Of a stretch of DNA of 64,000 nt, positions 47,313 to 59,905 are shown piece after piece. Made by a program: the position numbers and the translations under genes. The notes under the pieces are model-generated. The model saw only the letters and a program-made list of their open reading frames with translations, was not told the origin of the DNA and did no database searches. Location of the stretch: positions 1,505,750-1,569,749 of the forward strand of contig CAJINV010000010.1 of the NCBI GenBank assembly GCA_905178155.1. Direction: 5' to 3'. How positions within the stretch are numbered: position 1 is the first letter of the stretch; each line of letters opens with the position of its first letter. The DNA comes from Amoebophrya sp. A120. Lineage: Eukaryota > Protista > Dinoflagellata.

Positions 47313-48076
47313 CTCAGTATGATTTGATATGAAGCTACCAGCACGAAGCCGAATTGCAATTTAGAAAATATTCAAAGTCTAGATGTGATGCTGCACGATG
47401 AAAATCAAAATGCAAATTCATGTAATCTCTCAGCGCGTAGAACTACCGACAGAGAAAGTTAGTTGCTAGCACCTCGAGCAGTAGTTGTTCGGTTCATGAC
47501 AAGAACCCCTGGCAGCGCTAGCGCACTCACGACCAATTTAGATTTTAGTGCCTCGATTTAGGTTTTCCACAATGTATAATGCAATTTGTTGAAGCTTGAG
47601 GACAAGCTCCAGCACCAGCAGCCCCACCGCCATCGGACGTGAGTAGAAATAAAAATAAAAACATCTTCGCACACGTTGCTGCTCGTGTGATGAATTGATT
47701 CCGCTTCTACAACATGAGGTCCACCTGCACTCGCATTCATGATCGTTCTGTCGCCTGTTTATTCTGTCTTCGCTATTCAGAAGAGGAGAGAGAGAATTCG
47801 ACGGGCACAGGCGGAGAAATTTTCTTCCTCGTATTTCTGTCACTGTATTGGTTATTTATTTGTGCCCTCGCTATTTGTCGTGTTGCCCTGAAGTCGTCAA
47901 CTCAATAATATCGACTATTGCCATTCCTTCCCTGCTGGTGCAGCTTCTTTGGTTTCACTTCGTAGAGTGTCATCTCTGTTCCATGTCGGTGATCAACATA
48001 CGAAACATTTTCAAACCAGCACTGCTCGCAATAACGGAACAATAGCATCAAGAACAGAAGAAAATCCACGAACACA

Positions 48077-51000
48077 ATGAACTCCCATCCTCATCTCCCC
48101 ACCACCTCTCCGATCTGGAGCCGGCACACGCGGGCCAGCTATTAAAGTGCACAACTCCCCCTCCCCCTCATTTGCCATGTAAGATCCGAAATCCAGCATC
48201 TGTACCTTGTGGCATTCTGTGCATGACAGATTCCGGAAGCCCAAAGAGTACTGCACTAGGAGCGGCATGAATTTGTTCATGCATAGGCCCCACGCGTGCT
48301 GGTGTTTGTGCTGCTGTTCATGCCATATTAATGAGGGGGAAGCGCAGTTGTGCACTCCCATACCAGCGCTTCGAAAACGCGAATCAATGAGATCGAGTCC
48401 GTCCTGTACCACCCGCCAGAGACGCGGGCCATCGATGCCGGCGTCATGTGGACGCATGGGTTGCGGGCAGGTACTATTTCTCGTAATTCAATTTCATAAA
48501 ACATGGTCGGTTACGGCTTTCTGAAACGATTGTAGTTTTGGAGGATACTTTAACTTTTTACATCATTTGTTTAGCACAACTCTTGGGTGTCGTACAGCAA
48601 GACGGGCGACCACTATAGGAAGAAGTAGGACATCTTCGTGAATATTTGTGTATCTCCACCTCTGAAACTGAACAATCCACCTCAAAATATTAAACAGGCA
48701 CTACCGCCCTGCCCGCATTCCCGCCCCAGCAACCGCCTTCAACGAAACCCGGACCTGGAGGGGGCACTACACAGCACAGTACTGGCAAGAATCACCTCAC
48801 AGGAACAACGACGAAAGATTCCACCTCGAACCCACCCAACACGACGTTCCTCAAAACCCTCGCGAGCTACTCCTTTCATCTACCGGTAAACCGCAGTCGC
48901 AGTAACCCGACCACCCCAAGAAATTTCAACCAATCGAGCATCCGGCTTTCCGTTCCGTACGAAAGGACGCCAAGTCTGTCGGAAATCGTGCGGCGTGGAG
49001 ATCATGTATCCTGTGTAAAAGTATTGTACTCGTAAAAATGCATTACAAATTAAAATTTCCTCAGCATGAGAAATAAAATCTGTAATGCGGATTTACGTCA
49101 AGAAAAACATTTGTAATACATGACTGCAATACGAGTACGATACTTTTGCAGTTCATATCATGCCACTGAGGACAAATTCAAGGCGACCAATAGTACGCCC
49201 AGAAGCAGCAGCAAGCCGAAATTCAACACGAGCTTTCACTTCGACAACCGCGTCGGCGGGGCTGGTACTGGACCGTTTCCAGTTACTGGAAGATCAGTTA
49301 CTGGGGGAACTACATCAGGGAACAAATCTTCAAAACTCGTCACTGGCAGCACAAATCTGTTCTGCAACCCACAAAACAATAGCGGAACATCAACCCGAGC
49401 GCCGTCGGTGGTGCTCGCGGAGCAAGCTTTCAAAAGGTACCAGGACAACAACTATTTGAAAGTGCAAGGGCAGCAAGACCAGCATCCCGGACTGACATTT
49501 CAGGTGGACGAGCAACAATCTACAGCACTGAATAAAACCCCGATGTCTGCGCGCGGCGCCAATCCCGCTCAGCCTCAGAGAAATAGCAATAAGCCTGACT
49601 CTGCCACCAAATCCCCGTCGACCTCTCGGAGCCCGCGGCGGAGGTCTTCGTCCGCTTTTCTTCGTTTCCCCGAGCCGCTGCAATCGCCGCAGAAAGTCGG
49701 AGGAGGAGGTACTAGTGCAGGAGAACAAGGGGCTACTATCAAAACATCCTCTCTAGTCATGAAAAGTCCGCGCGCACCAGGCAGTGCTGGACACAAGGTC
49801 GTGGCCAAAGCTACCGCACCAGGAGTTGCGGCCCCTAGTACGTCGGGAGCCACCACCACACGAAGTCGCTCGCAGTCTGCGTCACCGAAGAGAAGTTCTG
49901 CAGCAGGCAAGGTAGCCGCACAGAAAGCCGCCCTCCGTGCGTCATCGTCGTCGTCGAAGAAGCAAGCTCATTTGATGGAGCTGCACGAAGTTCCGCTGTC
50001 GACCAGAATTCCCACCGTTGAGGTCGAAACGGTTACTGTCTCCACCTCCCAACAACCGCCAACGAGCGCAAGAGGATCTACTTCTCCCGGGATGAAAATG
50101 AGTCAGCAATTGCGCGCGCGGTCCCAGGACCTCCCACCTGCATCAGCTAACGTCACCAGGAAGCAAATGTTCCTCCAGCTCAACGCGAGCAGGATGGGAG
50201 TGCAGGCTCCAAGTATCAATCTCTTGCAGCCGACGAGGAGCTTTTTACGGAAGCGTGGAACGACGAGTTCGAATTCGCCGTCCTCGAAGGGCGCGACGGC
50301 GCACACACAGACGACTAAAAACACCTCCGAGGACCACCAAAACGCGACCAAGAACCTTGTTGGCGCTCCTTTTCAACCCCCTGCCCGGAACAATACAAGG
50401 ACTGGAGCTAGTCATCCTTCGGCGTCTTTGCAGGAGCCTCCGAACAAGAACTACTTGAAGGTGAAGATAGGTCAAGGTCTGCCGGATCATGCGAAGCAAA
50501 CGTACCTCTTCGCACCAGAACCTGCGGGGACAACAAAAGTAGCTGCCTCTGGCAGGCAAAACACAAATAATCCCTCTCCGCGAAAGTCCTCTTCCACTAC
50601 TCCTTCCGTGAAACTCCTTTCCGCGAAAAGTTTCTTCCTGAACCAAGCCAACGCCAGGACGGAGTCAGTGGTCGAAGTTGGGGTTGAGCGAGTTGGTGGA
50701 GATGCTGCTTGTGGTGCTGGTTCTACTGCTGCATCTCGCTCACCCTCTAGAAAAGGGAAGTATCCTTCTGCAGTAGACAACGCTTCGAGCAAAAGCAACT
50801 CTGCTTCTCCGAAGCGGTCCCGCTCCGGTCCGGTCCTCGTAAACGAAGAAAACAACCCGCCTCAAGTGCCGCTTTCTGCCCGCGCAAACAGCATGCTGTC
50901 GACTTCAAGCAAAGGGAGTTCTGTTGGCACAAACAAAAACGGAGGCGGTAGATTCCTACAAACGACATTAAGAGCGACGACGACCGGCACAAGGACCACT

Positions 51001-54000
51001 ACAACTTCCACCCGCGCGCAACAGGTAGAACGAAGACTGAAGATCGCAGAGGAGTTACAGAACCGCAAGAAGGAGATGTCGGCGAGCAGGGTGAGGTTTC
51101 AGGACGTTCTGGACGAATTGGAGGAGGAGGAGCAGAATTTCAAATTCGTCGCTGAAAACAATCAAGACCATCAGGATAGCAGCGCCTCTCCAACCAGGTT
51201 GACCTATCCGGACACGTCGCTCTTGAGCAAGACGAAGCTAGCCGGGCACAACTACTTGCCGGTGAAGAGGAAGAAGAAACGGAGCACCACTGGGTCAACA
51301 TCTGCGGCGAAAAACAAAACAAATTCTTCTTTTGATTCCAGCATGATGTCTAATGTTGGGTCGGTTTTTCATCAGAACGTGAAGCGTACTGCCGGCGGGA
51401 GCTGGAATGCGGATACAAGAATCCGGGATTCCGGGCTGTTCGAGGACCGACACTGGAATGATAAGAGGACAAGGGCGGCTTCGAGGGAAAGAGCTCGAGT
51501 TGGACAACCTGCGGGTGGCGGTGGTCCAGCGGGAGCCAGCAATGCGTTGATCGTCCGCCAACCGAAATCTGGAATAGCAGGTGGAACACATCTTCAACCC
51601 AACAGCAACAGTGGCCCAGTTGCGAACAAAACTACCCGGCCGCGCCCTACACGAACGGATGCGCGGGCGCAGCAACAGAAGCACGTGAATGGCGAAGCGG
51701 GACGAGAACACACAGAGTCAGAGGAAGACGCTGCTGCGCTTGCTGAGGACAACACTGACGAGGATAATTTCGACGCTCCTAAACAAGAACAGTCGCTTTC
51801 GGACCAGCAAGTCAACATTTCCTCGAATTTGACTTCCAACACGAACTCCCGATCCCACATTACTCCAGCGGATTCGGTTATGGAGAATCTCTTTCTCAAC
51901 AACCGCAGCTACGCCGAGAGGCTGTCGACGGAGCAAAGAATGTTTGAAAACATCATCACCGCGGAAGACCAACAGGCGGAAGAAGATTTGTTGCGGTATT
52001 TGCGGAGTGTCGTATGCATTGCAAAAGCATCGTACTAGTGTAAATCGCAATACAAATTTTCTCAGAAGCAAAAATGAAGTTTGTAATGCTGATTTGGCTA
52101 AGAAACAAGAATTGTCGTGCGTGATTGCAATTAGTACGAGTGCGATACTTTTGCAGAGCATATGTCGGGTCTTTGAACGATTTGGAACTGGAGGAAATTC
52201 CGGTGGAGACTGAGGAAGGTCCCAAAGGTGGTCGGCAGGGAAAGAACCACAGTAGTCGGATTTCCACAACGACCAGAGCCGCACCTGCGCCGCCGATGCT
52301 TTACTATCCAGAACAGCAATTATCCTTAACCAGCAAAGACAACCTTCTCTCTGTCGGGGCAGCAACGGAGTTGCTGGAGCCCGCGTTACCGTGGAAGTCC
52401 GAGGTAGTTTCGTCGAAGGGATCGGAATTGGTGCCGGAGTTTCCATCAAGCAGTGGAGATCTTCACGATTTTTTGAAATACAGTGTCGTGAACCTGGTGA
52501 ACCCTTCGCTAAATACTGAGGAGAACTCCTTCTCTGTCATGCTGGTGGACAAGGAAGCAAGTGTGAAATCGATTGTGAAAGAGGCTAGTGGAAGTGCTCG
52601 GGCGAGACAGTTAGTGCGGACGAAACCCGAGGCGATAGTCCCTGCTGCTGTGCCTTCGCGGGAAGATGAAACCGATGATCAGGCGGATCAAAAAAACGAT
52701 GACAGCTACCACACCACCGAGGATATCCTCGCAATTGCGAAAACCAGTCGACAGGGCAGTCCGGAAGAAGATCCTGAGGAGAAACAAAAACCAGAAAATT
52801 CCACTTACGGCAGCTCATACGTTCGCGCAGCTCCAGGAAACAATTTTGACCAGTCTGATGTAGATGCTCTTGCAGCGGTGGACGATGGTGCAGTGCAGCA
52901 ACAATTGTCCGGCAGCCACACTTATCAAATGTAAAAATGTCTGGGTATGGAAGACGCCCAGAAAAGCGCCGCAAGTGCATGCTTTTTATTTGCGTGAGAT
53001 TTGCGCGAGATTTGCGCGAGATTTCCAAAAATATTACGAATCCTGCCAGATCCTTCGGGAAACTTTTTAAGGCGAGAACCGCCTCCGTGAGTATTTATTT
53101 TCAAGTATGTCAGCCAATAACTATACCAGAATATTAATAATATTGCCAAATCGGGCAGCTTTTTGAGGCGAGAACCCACTCCCTGAATATTTTCAAGTAT
53201 ATTCGCCAAGAAATATTCCAGAATATTCATAATATTGCCAAATCGGGCAACTTTTTGAAGCGAGAGCCCACTCCCTGAATATTTTCAAGTATGTTCGCCA
53301 ATAAATGGCGCAGGATATTAATAATATTGCCAAATCGGGCAGCTTTTTGGGGCGGGAACCCACTCCCTGAATATTTTCAAGTATATTCGCCAATAAATAT
53401 TCCAGAATATTAATAATATTGCCAAATCGGGCAGCTTTTTGAGGCGAGAACCGACTCCCTGAATGTTTTCAAGTATATTCGCCAATAAATATTCCAGAAT
53501 ATTAATAACGTTGCCAAATCGGGCAGCTTTTTGAGGCGAGAACCCACTCCCTGAATATTTTCAAGTATATTCGCGAACATGCCTCAAAATATTCACGGAG
53601 GGGGTTCTCGCCTCAAAAAGCTGCCCGACGGATTTGGCAATATTCCTATTATTTTTGAGCGGGGTAACAACTAGGGCAACTAACTCGGGATTGTAAGTGC
53701 GAAAGTTTTTCTATATAGCGACACCTCTGACCGGAGCCGACGACTCCGGTTAGAGGTGCGCTTTGAAAACGTCCTAGCAACATATGCAATTCGTGCGGTT
53801 TTGTGCATAATTTTTGCGCTTTCGGTAAAAAACTCGCTTCATAGGAAAGCGTGTGAAATTGTTGGGCTTCATAAATGTTAGCTTCACGGCAAGCAATTTT
53901 CGCCATGACAAAGCAGGCACCGCCTGCGCTGCAAAGAAAGCGAAAACGTTGCCCCGCCGAGAATTTTCAAAAAAGGCCCCAAGACGACAAATAGCATGCA

Positions 54001-56258
54001 CAAAAGCACAAAACTGCACAAGGAATTCCTGCTGTAACGAACCGGCTGTGCGCTCGCCGGCCCTTGCCAGCACGAGTTGCCTGCTCGCTACTGGCCGCCA
54101 CGAGTTACCTGGCTAGCTAGGCAACTCGTGGCGACCAGTCTCGGCCGCTCGAAAAACTTTCGCACTTAGAATCCCGAGTTAGTTGGCCTAGTTGTTACTC
54201 CGCTCTTTTAAATCTCGCGCAAATCTCACGCAAATAAAAAAGACGCACTTCCGGCGCTTTTCTGGGCGTCTTCCATACCCAGACACTTTTACACTTGATA
54301 ACACTTCTTCCTCAACAGCTGGCGGCACTGGCAACCGCCCCAGACCCTTCCCCGGCATGGGCGCTTTTCGGAAAGTGAAGGAAAAGCTGAGCGATTCCTC
54401 CGCTTCCCCGGTGAAAGTAAAGAACAGTGCTATGGCTCCGCCAAGACCAGCACCATCGAGTGTTCATGTTGTATCGCCTTCGAAAAGAACAAGGGCTGCG
54501 GGTACCGCGGGTGCCACCACCTCCATTCAAGTACCGTCGACGTCGAATTCTAGTACACGTGGCAGCAAGGAGTCTTCGTCTACTCATCAAGCTACCAACA
54601 TGATTCCCAGCACGACCGCCGTGTTCGCAAGCAAGATGGGCGGTAAAAAAGTAGAACTCGCATGTGAAGAGAGTGCTGTTGGTGTGGTTGCGGAAGTTGT
54701 AGCTCCTGATCAAACAGCAGAAGAGGAAGCAAAAACCTCTGCGCGCGGGAGAAGTTCGTCCGCTTCGCGAACAACTACCCGGCGTTCGAATGATTACCCT
54801 CGACGACAAAATCGCGCTTCTAGCTCGCCGGTGAAGAGGAACGAAATGAATAGGAGTGGCGAAGAAGGACATCCAGTTCATCAAAGCAACGCAAACATCA
54901 ACCCCTTCGACCGCTCCGCGCGAACAATGGGAGCTGCTACAGGAGGAGTCTCCTCAGCGGTGTCGAAAACGAAAGCGCGAATCCCCCGAAATCCGCAGAA
55001 GATCACTACTCCGACTTCGGAGAACACGAAGCCGCTGGCGTTTTTAGACAATGCGGAGAGCAGCGCCAGGCAGCCTTTGGCGAACATGGGTTCAACATTT
55101 CGTAGCAGTTTTAACGGACCACGAAGACCACGCAGTAGAAGTCGGGGAAAGGAGCCGGCCTCTTCTACGACAACCCCCGTAACAAACACAGTCGCCGCGA
55201 CGACGCCTAGTGTCGCGAATGGTAATGCCGTAGCAAATCCAAATCGGGGTCGACATCAAGTCGCACATCCGAGGAAGAATCCCTTTTCCTCAGCATCGTC
55301 CACATTAACTACTACATCCGGCGAAGGAGGAGCTACCAGTGCCGCTTCAACCAAAATCAACGCAGCAGAATATCTGGAGAAGAACAAAAACAAAATTCCC
55401 GCGAGAGTGATGGTCGGGATGAGACAGGGTGAGGAAGACCAAGACGCGGACAAGATGAAGATCGAGTTCGATCTGAAGCACGAGGAGCGAAGCCACAGCG
55501 GTATGATAAATAAAAGCGTTGAGGAGCCAACGCATCCTGATGACCCCACTTGCGAAAACACGGCGACAATTGTGGTCGAAGCTGGTTTGGTGTCGTCGCA
55601 TGCCGAGAACTATCTCGTTGCGGAACTTGGCGGTGGTGCTGAAACTGAAAGTAAAATCAACATGCACCGACAAAATGCCAGAACAGAAACGCACGAGCCA
55701 GCGGTCGTACAGAGGATGTTGAACGAGGATGAATTCTCCAAAAACACTAGCAAAACTTCATCGACATCTTCCCGAGCTGCAGCCCACAGCACTCACGGTA
55801 AAATCTTGAACCAGCAGCAGCAGCTGCAGCAGCAGTATCGTCAGCAGGAGCATAGTGTTAATTATCCACCTCCTGCCCGGACCCGGACCCCCTCCCTCTC
55901 CACGACAACCTTCATCCAGCCGCAGCCGAATCAGACCATCATCGCGCCGCCTCTGCACGTCCCGAACTTAATCTTAAATGCGCAAATCTCGCAAATGAAC
56001 AACGCGGACAAGATGCAGCGGGGGCTAAGTGTGCCACCTCTTTTGCGGGGGATTTGGAACACCAACGGGGGTGCTTTGTCCGATTCGACGACGCCGAGGG
56101 CGGGAGCAACGGGATTTCAACCACCGGAGCGGATCATCTCAGGCTGCACCTCATCGGCTTCGAAATTGTCCAGCTCTATTCAGTCTGTATCAAAAAGTAG
56201 CGTTGGAGGTGGTGCGGCTACGGCTTCTATGCCTCCTCGGGGGGTTTTGTTGCAGTAG
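48077..56258 (+). CDS. Giant Ser/Thr-rich low-complexity hypothetical protein; exons 48077-48138, 48367-48470, 48698-49005, 49162-52011, 52167-52921, 54305-56258
   Basis: One continuous frame after removing four TIR introns and the GT-AG intron 48471-48697. Confidence 0.8.
48140..48362. mobile_element. Introner, family F
   Basis: IR AGTGCACAACT/AGTTGTGCACT; DR ccagc/ccagc; 223+5. Confidence 0.87.
49007..49157. mobile_element. Introner, family B
   Basis: DR tcatg/tcatg; 151+5. Confidence 0.9.
52013..52162. mobile_element. Introner, family B
   Basis: DR tgtcg/tgtcg; 150+5. Confidence 0.9.
53050..53644. repeat. 92-bp tandem array (~5.5-6 copies) plus one inverted partial copy
   Basis: TTGCCAAATCGGGCA recurs every 92 nt (units near 53141, 53233, 53325, 53417, 53509); reverse-complement copy at ~53588-53644. 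Confidence 0.9.
53657..54205. mobile_element. Nested MITE of a different type inside the giant introner
   Basis: ~54-nt TIR GAGCGGRGTAACAACTAGG.CAACTAACTCGGGATT.TAAGTGCGAAAGTTTTT, with T-runs (TTTT) on both flanks. Confidence 0.88.
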
Positions 56259-57385
56259 TCGGGCGCGTGGTGCGCGTGCGCACAAGCTTCAGTTTGAATC
56301 GAAAAATAGAAGAGTAGTAAAAATGACGGGTGTAAGTTTTCTTGTCCTCGTCGGAATGACATGGTATGACATGAAAAATATACAAAATCAATGCAGAATG
56401 TGTGTGCCGTCAATACTTTAGCAGTACTCACTTGTCTTACCTCTACTTCCCATCAGGAGGAGCGTGATCGCTTTTACACGGAGAGAAGAAAAACTACCGG
56501 CATTGAGGCTGGCTAAACTAGTAAGCGTACCAACCCGGTGTCCTCGTCCATGGTACGATATCACACAACGATGAAGAAGAAGCACAGCGTATAAAAACCG
56601 TAGAAATGCTTGTCCCTAATGTACGATGAGTAAACAAGGCAGCAAATGAGACCTAGAACTGGAAAAGAAATGAAGTTTAATTCGTATGTGAAATTAATGA
56701 AAGGGCGAATGTTTTGGAAGTTTTACGTTTCATTTGGTATTGTAACTTTTTCCCGCGGGCGTGATTCACACACTTCTCCACTGCGGAGTTCGCTGCCGGG
56801 GGAGGTGGCTCCTTATCTCATCTGAGCACTGCTCAATTTTGCTGCGCTGCACTGTAACCGTTCCCTTGTGGTGACGCCTGTATGCGTTCTTGATGTTCGA
56901 TCTTTTTCATTTCCACGAGACTTGTATCGTGAAGCTTTTACGCAAGATCGTTTTATCAAGTAGGGATCATTGGTCAACCCGGAGCCACCAGGGCTTAACT
57001 TTCACTTTGTGAAGATCTACAAGCTGCAGCAGCGGTAGAAAGGCGAAGCAATGAAAATGATACATGGTAGATAATCGCGTGCGATCTTACTGCTCTATCG
57101 TGGACCACGTGGTGCTGAAGTAGATGCTTCTATTGAACTACTAGCATCGCTTTGAACAAAACCACAACAAGGACCTTGATGTCCTGCTCCGGTGCTGTCT
57201 CTCGTAGAAGCTGCACAACCACGACCACCTACGGCTCCTTACTGTGTCACGTGATGCGGAAGTTGTCGTGGTAAGTTTAATATTTGCATCTGATCTCGTT
57301 CTCGATAACCGTACCACTAGCTACTCCTCAAAAATCTGACGTTCAAATTTATTGAAGATTGTTCCAAGGAAAAACTATCCAAAAA

Positions 57386-58942
57386 ATGACGTTCCGGCAG
57401 GAGGACAGCGTCCATGAATGTTGCGACCCGCGAAACGTGTGGTGCCGCTGCTTTTTCCCTATTTTCGCGGTTTGGGCCTACCAGGGTTGCGACAGCCACT
57501 GCGACATCTGGGCCGCGCTTTGCTGCCACTGGCTGTTTATCTTGCGCAAACGTATCGTACTCGTCGTAGTGTTCGCAATTAATACGCATTACAAATCTAC
57601 ATGCTATTAATAAGGTAAATCAGCATGACAAATTCAGTCTGTGATGCTGGATGAGCTAATTTTTTGTATTGCAACACTAGCTACGAGTGCGATACTTTTG
57701 CACAGGATACTGTTCACGTGCTGCTGCTGGAACTTCAAGAAGCCCCAGAAACGGTGGAAACCCTTGCCGCAGCACGAAAATTCCTGCTGTTGCTGCTACT
57801 GCCACCCGAAGAACGCCTGCTGCCGTTTTTGTTTTCCCGGTCTAGCGGTTTTTGCTTGGCAGGGCTGTGACAACCCCGTGGAATTGCTCGTCGCGCAATT
57901 CTATGAATTGCAAAAGCACTATCGTACTACTCGTAGTAATTGCGTGTACGCATTACAAATCTCTTCAGGTAAATCACCATTTACAAATTTAATTTCGTAA
58001 TGCTGGGCAAATTTGTGATGCAATTTATACTGGGTAGTACGATGCTTTTGCGTTGCATATTGTCGCAAACATGCTGGTCCCGTGTTTATCGAATATCTAC
58101 GCCTGTGCGATCTGGAAGCCCCATATCCACAGTAAATTTCCCGTACACGTACAAATGTGGTTTCTGCATGACAAACTTTTCTTCCAATCCTATTCAGCAT
58201 TACCAGTGGCATGCTCGTCCAAGTTGGTAAAATTTGTCATGCATTGTGTACATGTACAGAAAATTTGTATTGCATACCCCAGGAACGGCAGAAGATTTGG
58301 GGTGTTGAAACCGGTACTGCTTCCGTGGTCGGAGCACCAATTACAGTGGTGAACACTTACGGGGCAGCGCCGCCGCCTGGGGGGTAAAAATTTTTATATC
58401 GCACTTCTTAGTTTCATCAAGTAGAACGTTCTTCTGATGTACTGACGTAGATACTACCTGCTGTGCTGGGTTGATGATTATGATACGAATTTCAATACAC
58501 TTGCTTCTACTAATGCGCAACAACCAGCGCAAAGAAATAGTACTGATCCTGTTTTGCAGTAATTATGCAGTCTGTCAACCAATAAAATCAACAAAACACC
58601 ATCTTCGCAGTCCCGCCCCACCGATTAACTACGGACACAACCCGAATGCGCCCTACTTCCAACAATATCAAAGGAAAAAGTGTTTATACGTTAACGGTTT
58701 TCACAGATGGCAGTCATGCATATACAAATCTTGCCTTCCATGCATGCTTCGCAACACAAATTTGCGCACCTTTTCTGATGCATCGCTGCGTCACAAATTC
58801 CGTTCACGTTAACGCGTTTTCTGCTGATAAACAACCCAACATGAGCATCAGCGTGCAGGGGGGCGCCGGCGGAACCGCGCCGAGGTACCCAACGATGCAG
58901 CCCGGAATCAATTACGGAGCGACGAACAACATGGGGGTGTGA
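57386..58942 (+). CDS. Small Cys-rich membrane protein with two Pmp3-like repeats; exons 57386-57536, 57714-57900, 58064-58122, 58281-58383, 58611-58664, 58834-58942
   Basis: Four TIR introns plus GT-AG intron 58384-58610 give one frame. Repeat C.P.N..CR..FP..AV.A.QGCD occurs twice; Pro/Gly/Tyr-rich tail. Confidence 0.8.
57538..57709. mobile_element. Introner, family B
   Basis: DR ctgtt/ctgtt; 172+5. Confidence 0.9.
57902..58059. mobile_element. Introner, family B
   Basis: TATG..TTGCAAAAGCA/TGCTTTTGCGTTGCATA; flanks aattc/ttgtc; 158+5. Confidence 0.85.
58124..58276. mobile_element. Introner
   Basis: IR GTACACGTACA/TGTACATGTAC; DR cccca/cccca; 153+5. Confidence 0.85.
58666..58829. mobile_element. 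Introner, family C
   Basis: DR aacaa/aacaa; homolog of 9226-9387. Confidence 0.88.
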
Positions 58943-59905
58943 AGAGCAGAAGTCGAGGACTTTGTCTCCGTGTTGAGCAGGTGGCGGTAGTACTTCACGA
59001 AAAAAGAAGACCACCGATAATATTGCGGGAAAAGAACAACAAGCAAATAGCTGTACTATACCTGTTGCTCTATCGACCGGTACTCGTTTGGTCTCTACCG
59101 CAGCAATCAAAGAAGCAACTACTTCTCCTGCTAGGAGGTTGTATTTAGAACACAGATGGTGCGGTGGAACAGAATGAACCACTCGTTTATACTACAACGA
59201 GAACATCAGTAAGAACATCATGAATGCACAATTTATTCAGGACAGTCGCTTGTTGCTCAACATTTTTGCGCTTTGCAACTGCTGATTTGAAGATGCCAAC
59301 TACAGCAACATGTGGAAGCTTTCACATTTTTGCCGGTGATGATGAATACTTGATGAAGTACTGCGCTGACAAAAAATGACTTGAAGATGTGGACCAGTGG
59401 ACAATTATCTATTAACATTGACGAGTCGATTTGCTGAAAACGCAAATCAGCTGGACCTACAGTTTTGCGCACTAAGTATTTTTGCTCTTTTTTTGTTGGG
59501 GAGGCAGCGCTGGCACCGATGTTGGGGAGGAAGAAAAAGGATTGTACGTAGGGGCTGCTCCTGCAAAAGTGGAACTACAAGTTCTCGAAATGATATTTCA
59601 TCTCCCAACATAATCTTGAAAAAGGAAACCTGAGATCGGAGCTTGCCTTTGACGATCAGGACAGCAAAAGTAGACAGGATCCAAATACGATGGAGGTATT
59701 TCGAGTGAAGGGGGAGAAGATGCCGGCGCATAGGTCCTCTAGAGCGCACCCAGCAGCAGCCGACTGAGCGAAGCTGGCGCCGTCCGTGTGCGAGCGGTTC
59801 CTTTTGCAAGCAAAACTGAAGATGAGACGTATTTTATTTTTCATCCTGCTAAGTTAGCTGCTGGTGCAGCCTCAGTCTTCACTGTTAATCTGACACTTCC
59901 AAACC

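Larger units (their letters stand above)
52923..54300. mobile_element. Giant composite family-A introner (1378 nt)
   Basis: Near-perfect TIR of ~90 nt; DR acact/acact; 1383 nt is a multiple of 3 and joins same-frame ORFs. Confidence 0.92.

Noticed and set aside
53050-53644. CRISPR-like array
   Set aside because: Whole 92-bp units repeat with no unique spacers, there are no cas genes, and the context is a eukaryotic intron.
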